From the human T2T-CHM13v2.0 reference genome, Homo sapiens, in NCBI GenBank assembly GCA_009914755.4, contig CP068257.2, positions 39,584,001-39,648,000 on the forward strand: DNA of 64,000 bases. Direction: 5' to 3'. This document shows, one piece after another, positions 1-13,529 of this stretch; positions within the stretch are counted from its first letter, which is position 1; each line of letters starts with the position of its first letter. Both the position numbers and the translations under genes were made by a program. Below the pieces are notes generated by a model. The model saw only the letters and a program-made list of their open reading frames with translations, was not told where the DNA came from and did no database searches.

Positions 1-333
1 ACAACACCTCTCCTCCCCGACTATAGACCGCCAAGCCTAAAGCAGGCCCGTCACGTTGGATGCCAGATAGAAACTTTGATATGAGATAGGACTGGACTCA
101 AAATGCCTAAAATCAAATGTATGACCACAAAGCTTTTCGAAAAATGTAGACTTTGTCCAAGATAGCATTCAAGGGTTGAGAAGTATAACTTACATGGCTT
201 GTTAGAAAGCAGTTGTATGGCAAGAGAGGGTTCTATTAAAATGTTATTCCATCATATAATTTCTATGGAGAGGAATTTGGAAATGGCTAGCAAAATTACA
301 TACATTTATCCTTTGACTCAGAAATCCACTTCT

Positions 334-731
<398 letters not shown>

Positions 732-1287
732 TCACAAGGCTATTCACCGTGGCACGACTGTCATAGCAAATGATTAGAAATAACCCACGTGTGCCTCAAA
801 AGGGGACTGGTTGATTAAACTATGGTAAATCTACACCATCGAACATGATATAAATGATTGAGAATATCTTTAGATACTGCAAGTGAGAATAGCAAGGTAG
901 AGAAAAGAGGATAGATGTGTACCACTGTTCACCTAAGAAGGTAGCATATGGCACATGGAGGTGTCTTTCCCAAGAAACTTCCCAGGACAAAGGTCTCCAA
1001 AGTTAGAGGATGCAGGAAGAAATTAGAATGTCTGAATTTGTTTTGCCTAAAGCAATAAAGAATTTGGCTTTGGTAAGTTGTGATAAACACAGGTAACCTC
1101 GTTTGGTTCACCTGCCGGGTGTCCTGGTCTTCGTTGACGGTGACACACTGCAGAGGTCTGGGGTCTAGGGATCGCTGATTCTGCAGCTCAGTGAGCACAA
1201 CTGGTGCTTCCTCGAATGTTCTTTTGCTTGCACCCTGCTGGTGGCTTCGGTTTCCAGGATTTTGTATGGCATCAGTCTGGTTTGTCT

Positions 1288-1598
1288 TTTATTTTATTTT
1301 ATCTTATTTTTTGAGACAGGGTCTCACTCTGTCACTCAGGCTGAGTGCCATGGCACAGTTACTGCTCACCGCAGGTTCAGCCTCTCAGACCCAAGGCATC
1401 CTCCCACCTCAGCCTCCCGAGTAGCTGGGACCACAGGTGCATGCCACCACACCCAACTCGTTTTTAGTTTTTTGTAGGGATGGGGTCTCACTATGTTGCC
1501 CAGGCTGGTCTCAAACTTCAGAGCTTAAGGATCCTCCCACCTTCGCCTCCCGAAGTGCTGTGATTACAGGGATGAGTCACTGCACCCAGCCAGCCAGG
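1288..1598 (-). mobile_element. Alu SINE (antisense)
   Basis: ttttgagacagggtctcactctgtcactcaggctgag ... gtgctgtgattacagggatgagtcactgcacccagcc. A poly-T run follows at 1599-1622. Confidence 0.88.
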
Positions 1599-2062
1599 TT
1601 TTTTTTTGTTTTTTTTTTTTTTTAAAGAAATACAGTCTCTAAAGATGAGTTACATGATTTTATTTCTCAGAAAGTCACAGTTCCAGATTTGCTGACATTT
1701 ATGGTGTTAGCAAGTGACTGGCAGTGGTATGGTACTTAGTAGATATTGAAAAAAATAAACACAAAACAGGTCCCTTTAAGATGATATTTTAATGCTAAGT
1801 GAGAAGCGTAACATCTCCTGCTGTGGAGAGGTCTTCTGAGGATGATAGCTGTACATGTTTACATCATTAGTTGATTTCTACTACCAAAATGGAGTAAGTT
1901 GGCTACCTATAAAACACTTTTGAACCCTTAACTTGGAGACAGAATTTCCTACCTATGTAAAAATCTTCCAAATAATTTTGCTTGTGTTAAAAAAAAAAAA
2001 TGGAAATAAGCCGTACCTTCCGGTTAGTTTGCTAGTTACTGATTGACATTAGGAAATATGCA

Positions 2063-2215
2063 AGTTGACTATTCCTAATCTCCATTTTACAAATGAGGAA
2101 ACTGAAGCACAGATCAGCTATATGGCTGAGGTAACATCATTCATGAGGGCAGAGCCAGGATTTGAAAGCAGGTTGGCTGGTCCCCCACTGTGTGCCCTGA
2201 ACCAGTGTACTAAGC
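2063..2215 (+). mobile_element. MIR-like SINE fragment
   Basis: tattcctaatctccattttacaaatgaggaaactgaagcacagatcagctatatggctgaggtaacatcattcatgagggcagagccaggatttgaaagcaggttggctggtccc. Confidence 0.6.
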
Positions 2216-2285
2216 TGCCTCTTGTGTGTTTTATAAATTTCAAAATGTATGTGATGTACAAAGGGAGGATATGCATAAGGGGTAG

Positions 2286-2684
<399 letters not shown>

Positions 2685-3181
2685 TGAGAATTCTGAAGCC
2701 TTGCGGGGAATGATGGGCCTCGTCTGATTCAAGAGAAATTGCCTGTTTCTGAGTTGAGTCGTAGTGTATCTGGGTACTCAGGCTAGATCCTAGAATATCA
2801 CAGATGCTCAGGAGCGATGCATTCACCTGTCTGTTCCTGCCAGGGCTTTCCAGCTGCCTTCTTTAATAAGCTCCTCTACCAAAGCAGTTCCAGATAGAAT
2901 TGAACAATCTTTTTAAAGCATAAATATCAGCTTCCAACAGGGGTCTCCATGCAGTCTCTACTCTACGGGTGGCGTATTTGACTCCTCTTTCCAGCTGGCT
3001 GGTGTGAACACACCCACTCGAGTTTCAGCACCACTGCCCTTTTTTTTGTTTTGTTTTGTTTTTTGTTTTTAATTTTAGTATGAGTACTGCTAGCAAAAAC
3101 AGACTGCTTCTGGAGCTTCAACCGAATAACCATCACCCTTCTAGGCAACTTGGGTGATGTGTTGGTGGATCTCTGTACGCT

Positions 3182-3183
3182 TT

Positions 3184-3218
<35 letters not shown>

Positions 3219-3500
3219 TTATACTTTAAGTTCTAGGGTACATGTGTACAATGTGCAGGTTTGTTACATATGTATACATGTGACATGCTGGTGTGCTGCA
3301 CCCATTAACTCGTCATTTACATTAGGTATATCTCCTAAAGCTATCCCTCCCCCCTCCCCCCACCCCACGACAGGCCCCCATGTGTGATGTTCCCCTTCCT
3401 GTGTCCAAGTGTTCTCATTGCTCACTTCCCACCTATGAGTGAGAACGTGCGGTGTTTGGTTTTCTGTCCTTGCGACAGTTTGCTCAGAATGATGGTTCAC
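3182..3500 (-). mobile_element. L1 (L1PA-type) 3'-terminal fragment, antisense, with the complement of its A-rich tail as (TTTA)n
   Basis: (TTTA)10, then atactttaagttctagggtacatgtgtacaatgtgcaggtttgttacatatgtatacatgtgacatgctggtgtgctgcacccattaactcgtcatttacattaggtatatctcctaaagctatccctcccccctcccccc...cccacctatgagtgagaacgtgcggtgtttggttttctgtccttgcgacagtttgctcagaatgatggttcac. This is the reverse complement of the canonical L1 3' end. Confidence 0.85.
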
Positions 3501-4213
3501 CGCCTTCTTTTTTAACAGGAACCCTCTCAGAGGTCAAGGTGCTGCCCAGCGTCTGCTCCTCTTTCCCCTTTCCTCCTTGTGGTGCCGGGGAGGAGCTGGC
3601 TGCCGGAGTCCCTTCCTCATCTTCCTCCACCTGCGCCTTCCTACCCTCCCTCCCTGCCTCCTTCTGGAGGGAGCCCCAGGGAGGAGGGGAAGGCTGGCGA
3701 GGAGGAAGAACTGAGCTCTGCTGGCAGCTGCTCGGGGGTCTGCAAGATGCTGAGGATGCTGCAGGGGGTGGCAGTGGGGCTCTGCCCAGCACCTGGACGG
3801 AAGTGTCTTGTCTGGGTGCCCCGGGGAAAGTAGTACCACCCAGTGTCCAAGGAGTGGTTGGTTGCCCAAGGAGTAGGGCATTTTCCTGAGACAGCTTCCT
3901 TCTGTCCTGTGCTAGGGAGGCGAGCTTCCTAGAGTGGTTCAGGCTTCCTTTTCTTAATTCAGCTCAGAAGGGCAAGAGAAAAGCCAGTGCATGGATCCCA
4001 CTCACGCTTCCTACTTGTTCTAGCCGGGCTTCGATTCCCTCCGCACTTCTAGCTTCTGAAAGCAGAGCCTCTCCCAGCCCCAGCTCTCACTGGCAGGCAA
4101 GGTGGTGTGTGCCCTGCCCCTCAGGCCAGGGGCGGGGATGGCTGCCGTTGTTGTAGGTCCCTTGTGCCCCGCTCACACCTCCAAAAATAGCCCTTCCATC
4201 ATAACCTCTTCTT

Positions 4214-4546
4214 CCCACCTATGAGTGAGAACATGCGGTGTTTGGTTTTTTGTCCTTGCGACAGTTTGCTGAGAATGATGGTTTCCAGTTTTATCCATGT
4301 CCCTACAAAGGACATGAACAATGAGAACACATGGGCACAGGAAGGGGAACATCACACACCAGGGCCTGTTGTGGGGTGGGGGGAGGGGGGAGGAATAGCA
4401 TTAGGAGATATAACTAATGTCAAATGATGAGTTGATGGGTGCAGCACACCAACATGGCACATGTATACATATGTAACAAACCTGCACATTGTGCACATGT
4501 ACCCTAAAACTTCAAGTATAATTAAAAAAAAAAACAAAAAAAAAAC
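4214..4546 (+). mobile_element. L1 3' end with 5' inversion (twin-priming structure), poly-A tail and 11-bp target-site duplication
   Basis: 4214-4319 is antisense L1: cccacctatgagtgagaacatgcggtgtttggttttttgtccttgcgacagtttgctgagaatgatggtttccagttttatccatgtccctacaaaggacatgaac. It is joined directly to sense L1 (4320-4523): aatgagaacacatgggcacaggaaggggaacatcacacaccagggcctgttgtggggtgggggg...gtaccctaaaacttcaagtataatt, then a poly-A tail. The two segments are adjacent in the L1 consensus, with only ~8 nt (aattgaac) missing at the junction. The direct repeat aacctcttctt flanks the whole insertion (4203-4213 and 4550-4560). Confidence 0.85.
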
Positions 4547-4885
4547 CCAAAACCTCTTCTTGGGAGCTCTGGAGTAGAATTCTCTTTCTGGCTGGACTCT
4601 GATAAATACAGCTGGTGACCATTATTTCAGAATGAAATTTCGTTTAGTTTATGAGTCTGTCCAAATATTTCGATCATTTAAATTCAGATGTTAGTTTACC
4701 TCGGTTTGTGGAGAATGGACTGGGCTGTAGAAACTTAGAAGCCAAGCGAATGTGGACTCCGCTGTCTTCATTGCTGTCTTGTTACTATGGATGTCGGATT
4801 AGGTGCACCCGTGAGGTCTTGGATTGTAACCCCATGTTCTGCAGGTCTCAGGACCTCTTCCCTGCACTGTGCTAGCCCGGCCCCC

Positions 4886-5270
4886 TGTGATGGACTGAAT
4901 TGTGTCCCTCAAATTTATACGTTGAAGTCCAAACCTCCAGTACTTCAAAATATGACTATCTTTGGAGATGGGGCCTTAAAAGAGGTCATGAAGTTAAAAT
5001 GTGGCCATGAGGGTGGGCCCTGATCCAGTCTGACAAGTGTCCTTATATAGGACATGCAGAGAGACACCAGGGATGTGCGCAGAGGGACCGCCATGTGAAG
5101 AAGCAGCAAGAGGAGCAAGAGGACGGCCATCTGCAAGCCAAGGGGGAAGCCACCTGCCCACACCTTGATCTGAGACTTCCGGCCTCCACAACCGTGAGAA
5201 GATACGTGTCCGTTGTTTAAGCTGCCCAGTCTGCGGTGCTTTGTTCTGGCAGCCTGCACTGACTCACAAA
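4886..5270 (+). mobile_element. MaLR LTR, MST/MLT-like solo LTR (family name from memory)
   Basis: tgtgatggactgaattgtgtccctcaaatttatacgttgaagtccaaacctccagtacttcaaaatatgactatctttggagatggggccttaaaagaggtcatgaagttaaaatgtggccatgagggtgggccctgatccagtctgacaagtgtccttata ... gccatgtgaagaagcagcaagaggagcaagaggacggccatctgcaagccaagggggaagccacctg ... cttccggcctccacaaccgtgagaagatacgtgtccgttgtttaagctgcccagtctgcggtgctttgttctggcagcc. This is colinear with the THE1/MST consensus architecture. Confidence 0.65.
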
Positions 5271-8134
5271 CCCACTTCTGACCTAGGCCCTGACTGGGTT
5301 CAAGCATACACAGCCTGGCCAGCTCAGCCACTGTCCGCATTCACAGCCTCCTGCAGCTTCCACTGCTCAGGCATCCTGATCCTAGCCTTCTTAGTTGGCC
5401 ATTGCTCACCAGACCATTTTATATGGGCAGGAATGAGGAGACAAGGAGGCCCTCAGGGACACAGTTGCCCCTCTGCTGTCTTACCCTACCTGTCTTATCC
5501 TCTGGACCATGCAAAATGTTTATCTTACGCAGTCTTTTGTTCTTTGGTAAATGCATATAACAGACACATACTTAGTATCCATGATGTCCCAGCAGCCCCG
5601 CAGCTCTGATCGTAGTAGAGGTGGTTTAAAGAGAAATGCATTAAGTAGAGTTGAGTTTGTTTTTCACAAATCAAGACACATCCCACTTGGGGCAAAGTCG
5701 TGACATTCAGGTGAACCTGAAAGTTATAGCTTCTTTTATAGCCAGTTATCCAAGGGCTGAAGCCATCGAGCTGCCTGCCTTCTGAGCACTTGAAACAAAA
5801 AGGATTGGAATGTTTGGTACAAAACCCAGCACTTAAAACCTATGAGGCTTTCAGCTGTGACTCTTACTGTCTCGCCTCCATCTGGGAAGTTCATTGATCT
5901 TCAAAACCTGGCAGGCTCCTCAGGGGAGAGAAGGTTTAAGATGGAGCAGCCAGCTCAAATCCCTATTAGGTCCAAGAGCCAAGAGGCGCAACGCACAGCT
6001 AGTTGGGAACATATGAACACCCTCCCAAAAAGCTGCAAGACTGTTGTGCGTGTAAATCTAAGTGAGGAAATTATGTGGTGAAATGGGTTTTTTCAAAGTT
6101 TGCACTTAGGCCCTTTTCCGAAGAAAATCTGTGTTGACAGTGGAGGGAGATAATGTTTGAGTTAATTGATGAGGGTTTTAAGCAGTAATCAATATTTCCC
6201 AAACTAGCAAACCCAGCATGTTTTAGGGTCATTTTCAATGATTAAAATTAAAATTTGGTTGTTTCAAAACTTTGGTTGAATGCTAACCACTGGAGGCCTG
6301 GTGTTGGATGAACAGAGCATACTGGGATGCTAAAAAATATTAAGTGCAAATCCCATCTTTGTCTGAAATTGGTTTTTGTATAATTCCTGTTTTAGGAAAT
6401 TGTGAAATCATGTAAGACAGTTTTCACTATAAATTATTTTCAAAAGTCTTTGTGCTAAATGATCAGGCATGACCGTAGTGAGCTGTTTGTTATTTGTTAT
6501 GGTTAATGCTTAGTTGCCATGTGCGGAAACTGACGGTTAGATGTTTGATTAGGGGATTGTTGAAGGTGGTGTGAGGGCTGGATATTGACCCCAGATGAGT
6601 TTTTGAGATGCTACCATGATGAGGAAGGAGCAGGAAATCATATCACACGACCAATGCTTGGAGGATTTCGAGGGGGTATGCAGCCCACCCACCTCCACCC
6701 CAGAGGGATGCCATGGGTCCTAGGCAGGAAACATTCTACACTCAACAAGCTGCCAGCCAGGTGGAAGAGGGCATTATTGCAGAGGACAGGCTTGAGTCTG
6801 CTGGAAAGCAGTAGGGGATGGGAAGTATTCAGCCAACTGGACGTTTCCTGGGGACAGGCACCAAGTCCCTTTCACTAGCTGTTTATTTCTGGATAGGCCA
6901 TCGCTCCTGGCACTGGTCAGACCCTCAACAAATGCTATGGAATTAAACTGGAAAAGGGAGAACGTGGTGAAAAATATGCCCTAACATTGTAACAAGTCAT
7001 AAGGTAATGCACTTCCCATCACTGAAAAACCCAGCAGAAACACTGTCACCTCTGCATGCTGATAGACAGCAGTGCGGTCACTGAGAGACGGGACCAATCG
7101 GTGCTCCCCAGACCTGGCTGATCAGCAGTTACATGGGGACCTGGTTAAACATATGGATTCCAGGCACCATTCTCTGGGCTGGAGATGTATATATTTTTTA
7201 AGTGTCTGAGGTGATTCCAGTGATCAGGCAGGACAAAATGATGACCCCCCAAGATTTTCATGTTTCTTCATAAAATCTAGTGCAGTGACTGAGTCTGGTT
7301 ATTGTTTTGGTGGAGAAGTTACTGTAATCCACATGTGACTGCAAACGTTTGGCAAATCGATATTTCATGGACACGTGATACTTGTCTGGTCCTGTCCTAG
7401 GCACTGAGCATCCAGTAGGTGCAACAGTCACCAAAAATCCTGCCTTCTTGGAGCTTACTCTTTCATGAAAGGGACAGGCAGGACAACATGTTGTAGGCAT
7501 GGTGATAGAGACTATGAAAGGATGGTGACAGATGCTATGAAGAACATTACCACACGGGCAAAGGAATATCAGCGGTAGGGAAGTGTCACAAGTTCATAAT
7601 TATCATGGCCAGGGAAGGCATCTTCAATGAGGGAGCTCTGGAGCAGAGACCTGAAAAAGGAGGGGTGGGAGAGCAAGGTGCTTGGGGAAGGGTGTCCAGG
7701 CAGAAGGAAGAGCCAGTACGACGGCCTTGAGGAGGAGCTGTGCTTGTGTGCTGGAGGAACCCAAGGCGGCCTGTGGTGGAGCCTGGTAGGTGAGCTGTGG
7801 GGAGGAAGGCTTGAGGAAGGTGGGGGAGTGCTATTGTTGAGAGTTGCCTGGCTGCGAGGGTGAATGAGGAGTGTGGTTTTGGAAACGCCAAATGGAGATG
7901 CCATTCCTAATACCCATGGGGAGAGCACCTGCAGCAGCTGATCATGCCTCTGGGCCCAGAGACACCTGAATTTTGAGAGTGTGCTACACAGAGGTAGCAT
8001 TCATGTGCTCCCATGGACTGAGCCTGGGGAGAGGAGGTGAGGTCCCAGCACAGGCGCTGGGACACCCCAAAACTTAGAGGTGGGGAAGGTGAGGAAGGGT
8101 CAGTAAAGGGCCCCAAGGAGGAGGAGCCTGGTGA

Positions 8135-8722
<588 letters not shown>

Positions 8723-10304
8723 TAATAAGCGGGAGTGATCCTGGGAGAGGGGGAAAAACTGATGATGCAGAAGAAAGGGAATTAGGGGCATGCTGTCCTG
8801 AGTGGGCACTGAGTGGGGTGGTCCAGTGCCCACGGAGAGGGGCTGGAGCTAGGACCATGGGTGGTACCTGTCTCCACTGCTGCTCCAGCAAACATATTTA
8901 ACACTCACGTTCAAGGGCTGTCACACGTATGTTGAAGACTTTGCCAAGGTTAATATGTTGCAATTTTTTTCTCCAAGTCTTCTTCATTTTTCCTGTCTCT
9001 AGAATGTTCTGAAAGATTTCTTTATGACTTTTCTATACCATAATTAAAGCAAACGTCTGTATTTTGCTGGCCATAGAAGCCAAAGAGGGATGCATCTGTC
9101 ATTTCTCTTCTGGGTTAGCATTCTTTCAAAATATCTGGACACCATAAAAATGTAGAGGTCAGTCAATAGAGATTTAATGCTTTCTTGTGAGAAATTCCCT
9201 TGGAAGGGCTTTAAGAAAGTCTTTTTAGAAGAGAATAATATCTTTGATCACTATATGCCTATTAAAATACTTTTTTTTTCTTGTGGGTTTACCATGGAAA
9301 AAAACATCAAAGCCTTATATGAGCCACATAGAAATAGCCTGTTTCTTAAATGGCTGGCCTGAAATTAGCGAAGGGTAGCAAATTGAACACAATGGTTTTT
9401 CTGTGTTGCGCATTCAGTTTGGGCTGATCAGATCCCATGCAAAAAGATTACTGTAAAACGAAGATGAAATTTTAGATTTTAAGAAGATTTCATTGTAAAG
9501 CTAGGTCACAGCATTCCACATTCAGGTGAGTACTAGGATTTGTAGATTATCAGTCATTATCATTAACATACTCACATACAATTGTCATTGTTGCTAAGAA
9601 GTGTTTGCACCTTTTCAACACTTAGAAATTAAGTCACATTTTCTGCTTTCAAAGCCCTTAACCTTAATCAATATTTTATAATGTGTTTTCATAGATGAGA
9701 TACATTTGAGTTACCCCAGTTATAAGATGGTTACTCCTTGCAATTATTCTAGATATGAAGATTCATTTGGCTAAAATGTGGTAAAATTGCAAGGCCATTC
9801 AGCAGGTCAGTTTTAAATACAATATGATTATTATTCCGTCATCTTTGTGCGTGATTGAAAATAACAGATTGTGTGGTTGGCAATTCGCTTCCCCATTAGA
9901 AAATTTACCTTCCTACTTCTGTTGTGTCTTACATAGTATAATTATTCTGTTGCCTTGAAAAATATTATAATAAACAGAAGGGCTAATTTTTTTAAGCGTG
10001 TTGGGTGGCCGAGGAGAAATGAAATTTTGAGTGGAAAACCTCACATGAATTGTCTGTAGTTGCTTGTACTTCATCCCTCACCAGTGCAAAAGCCAATTCC
10101 ACAGGAATTGAAAACTGTTATGAAAGAGAAGCCTGGTCTTCCGTCTTAACATCGGGTCATGAATTCAATGGGGAACACTGTATCTTCTTCATCTCTATGA
10201 CTCAGGCACATAGTAGCTGCTCACTTAATATTTATTAGAAATAAATATTTACTGAAAAAATGAATCTCCCCCAAAGAACTGAAAGCAGGGTCTTGAAGAG
10301 ATAG

Positions 10305-11165
10305 TCACACACCTGTGTTCACAGCAGCATCATTCACAATAGCAAAAGGTGGAAACAACACAAGTGTCTGTGGACAGTTGAATGGATAAACAAAATTCTG
10401 GTCTATACTTATGTTTTAGTTTGGGCTGCCCTAACAAAGTACCCTAGACTGAGTGGCTTATAAATAATGTCAATGTATTTCTCTTAGTTCTGGAGACTGG
10501 AAACCCAAGGTCCAGGTGCCAGCATGGTCAGGGTCCAACGAGGGCCACCTTCTGGGCTGCAGACTGCCTGCTCTTCATTGCATCTTCAGATGGCAGAAAG
10601 AGGGTGAGAGCTCCTCCGTCCTTTTTATAAGGGCACTAATCCCATCCATGAGGCTCCATCCTCATGACCTAATCACCTCCCAAAGGCCCTGCCTCCTAAT
10701 AGCACCACCTTGGGGATTAGGATTGCAACAAAAGGCAGGGGATACAAACAATCAGGTCATAACAGCATATAATGGAATATTATTCAGCCTTAAAAAGGAA
10801 GACGGTTCTGGCACATGCTATAACATGGATGAACCTTGAAGACCTTATGCTATGTGATAGAAGACTGTTACAAAAGGACAAGCACTGGATGATTCCATTT
10901 ATGTGAGGTTCCTGGAGAAGGCAAATTCATAGAGACAGAAACATTAAGGGTGGTGTCCGCAGGAATGGAGAGTGAGGAGTTGTTTAATGGGTAACGGGTT
11001 TCAGTTTTGTAAAATGAAGTGAGTTCCTCAGGTGGGTGATGATGATGGTTACACAACAATGTGAATGTACTTAACGCCATTGAACTTCACCTTTAGAAAG
11101 AACTAAGATGGTAAATTTTAAGTTATGTGTATTTACCACATTTTAGAAAAAATGAATGTTAATAT
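10305..11165 (+). mobile_element. Old L1 (L1M/L1PB-like) 3' region, sense, interrupted by an LTR insertion at 10411-10757
   Basis: Left part: ...cagcatcattcacaatagcaaaaggtggaaacaacacaagtgtctgtggacagttgaatggataaacaaaattctggtctata. Right part resumes colinearly: catataatggaatattattcagccttaaaaaggaag ... gtgaatgtacttaacgccattgaacttcacctttagaaagaactaagatggtaaattttaagttatgtgtatttaccacatttt, which is the L1M 3' end. Confidence 0.6.
10411..10757 (+). mobile_element. Solo LTR-like interspersed repeat (MLT1-like MaLR; subfamily uncertain) inserted into an old L1
   Basis: tttagtttgggctgccctaacaaagtaccctagactgagtggcttataaataatgtcaatgtatttctcttagttctggagactggaaacccaaggtccaggtgccagc ... tttttataagggcactaatcccatccatgaggctccatcctcatgacctaatcacctcccaaaggccctgcctcctaatagcaccaccttggggattaggattgcaac... 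The same family occurs at 16427-16770. Confidence 0.5.
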
Positions 11166-12667
11166 CTAGAATAATTGCAAGGAGTAATCATCTTATAAAT
11201 TGCAGTAACTTAAAAGTCTTGCCTGATGCTGCAGCAGGCGTATATGCCTTATCTCTTTCTTTTTTTATGTTTATTTAAAATTGTGACAAAATTTGAATGT
11301 TGGTAACTAGGGTAAAGTTAACGATGTTCTTTTTCTGTAAGTTCAGGTTTGGAGTGGGTCTTCAATTGCTGTCATCAACTCTTGAGCAAAAGAGAACATT
11401 TAGTGAAACTCCAGAAACATCTTGAGAACTAAGACATTACACCTTTGATAAGAATTTATTCACACTTCTTTAGAAAATGTGCAGGAAGAACTAATTTGTA
11501 GGTAAAATGACATGTCCTAAAATTTTGGGAAATGCATAATGGGTTCTTAGGGGTTCTTTCGGAGTGGCTTTAGTTGTCGCTTGGGAAAGGAAGAAGCTAA
11601 TTAGCCCTGTTAATAGAAATGTTATTCTACTTATCCCCCTCCCCAACTATCATCAAAGTATGAAGGTCAGAGCTCTTTTGTCCTTTTTAATAGTTTGTTT
11701 TCTTAAAAGTGGTTGAGTGTGAATTTTCTCTTGCATGGGAAAAGGATCATTGTTTTCACTGGCATCAGTGAATGCGCTCACACATGACTGTTTAAATATG
11801 TCTTCATTCGTTAGTCAGTAGGATCGCATCCTGCTGGAAGACAGATTGTGTAACCTCAGAGGCTTCCAGGGAAACTCCAGTCCCAGGGAGAGAGTGGGAC
11901 AGTGGCATGCTCTATAGAGAAAGCACTCCTTGTTCTCTCTCTCTGCCTCCCCAACCCCGCCCCACTGATCTCCCTCCTGGTGCAGGAGGGACTGTTGGAG
12001 CAGAAGAAAACATCCAGCTCACCTGTCACTGAATAGCCCCTGTTGCAAAGGAACACAGGCTCTCTGGCCTCCAGCCCACATCTGCGGAAGCTTGGTTGGA
12101 GTGAGGCTGCTTACGGCTGCTCCCCTTTCAGTCCATGTTTGGTTTCTGCATCCAAGAGGCAGAGTGAGAATCAGACCCTGGTCGGGGGTGATCCCTGAAG
12201 GCAACGCAGTCATATGCAGTCTCTTGGCAAGCAGCCAGTGCTCTCAGCTGGGACACCCTGTCTTCAGGCATGCTGCTCTGTGGCCCCGCTTACAATGGTG
12301 ACGTTGCCTGATTCTGGCCCTGGTTCTGCCTATCACTGGCCAGACAGCCCTAAACCAAGCTCATACCGCTAGGGCCTTAGGAAGGGAGAGGAATGCAGGC
12401 AAAAGTCGTCTCCCATACACAGCCACCTAAGGAGGAACAGAGCCTTAGGATGTTAAGTGGAACAAACCAAGTCACGACCCACATGTAAGAATGTGACCAA
12501 GAGCGAGAAAACCCACAGACACACCTTTCTAAGGGTGGTGGCCTACAGGATTAGTTTCTCTTTCTCTTCCAAGTGACTGCTCTCCCCACACCTTGGCCTC
12601 CACCAGAGGGGAATGTGGGCAGTGCACGCAGGACCGCACGGTGTCTTCTGCAGGGGTGAAAACAGTA

Positions 12668-12990
12668 TTTGAAGCCCCTGTGACTGCAGGTGCCTGCACC
12701 TTCTGGGGGTGGGAGAGGGCATGAAATCCTATCAGCAGGAAAGTCCATCCTTGCTGCTCTGCTCCACTCGCCCAAGCCGGGCTGGGAAGAGAGGAGAGAG
12801 GACTTCAGAGGTACCCAGGCTATTCCCAGGGGGAGGCCTGTGTGGTCCCCGTTTGTTCGGAGATGATAAGGAGTCCATTCGAGGGAGGAGCTGCCTTCTG
12901 AACATGGGAGTGGCTGACACTACCTCTGAGGGTTTCAGTGCCTCTCCCGTGTCCAGAATTCTTCTGATTCTGATGCAGGGGGCAGGATGG
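12668..12990. repeat. Local segmental duplication, copy 1 (~320 bp)
   Basis: agcccctgtgactgcaggtgcctgcaccttctgggggtgggagagggcatgaaatcctatcagcaggaaagtccatccttgctgc...gggggaggcctgtgtggtccccgtttgttcggagatgataaggagtccattcgagggaggagctgccttctgaacatgggagtggctgacactacctctgagggtttcagtgcc recurs at ~95% identity at 13530-13800. Confidence 0.85.
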
Positions 12991-13529
12991 CAGGGGTACA
13001 GGGTAAGGGTATGAGGGCTCAGGGGCTGCTGAGGATGGGGGTGTTTGTTTTGTTTTAGTTCCTGCCACCCCACCCTGCCCTCTGCTCCCCATCTCTGCCT
13101 GGGTCACCCATCACTGAAAGATGTCAGTTGCACACCAAGGTGGCTACCAGAGGGAGAAAAACAGCCCCTAGGGGTAGGGAAGGTGGGAGTTCCGTGGAGG
13201 CAGCACCTGGATCAGGAGAGCTGGGCAGCCAGGGGCAGAACAACCACCTGCCAGGGTGGGATTAAAAAGCAGGCATCCTCACCATAGCCTAGGATACCTT
13301 TGGATTGGAGCATTCCCAGCTGGAACGTTGCCCTCTTGCAGCCACGTACAGGTGGTGCTGACACTCAGGCCGCTCCCAAACGTTCTGTCGTGCGGTTATG
13401 TCCACCCTGGGTTGCAGCCCATGTGCACCCTGGGAGGACTGCTGAACACACCGCCAGGCCATGGAGATTGTGCACACCACTGCCGGTCTGTGTCCAGACT
13501 AGCAGCAATAAGGATTCTGATTCTGATTA

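Noticed and set aside
1593-1622. Poly-T run directly abutting the 5' end (right side) of the antisense Alu at 1288-1598, which could be read as that Alu's tail
   Set aside because: For an antisense Alu the tail complement must be on the left (the T-rich 1278-1310 serves that role). The right-hand poly-T is most likely the tail remnant of a separate, truncated retroelement or simple T-tract. Not enough sequence to call a feature.
3452-3889. Five overlapping ORFs (69-145 aa) on both strands in 3452-3889
   Set aside because: The sequence is GC-rich and CT/GA strand-biased and is stop-poor in all frames. Simultaneous ORFs in multiple frames and strands with low-complexity Pro/Ser/Gly/Ala translations indicate composition artefact, not coding.
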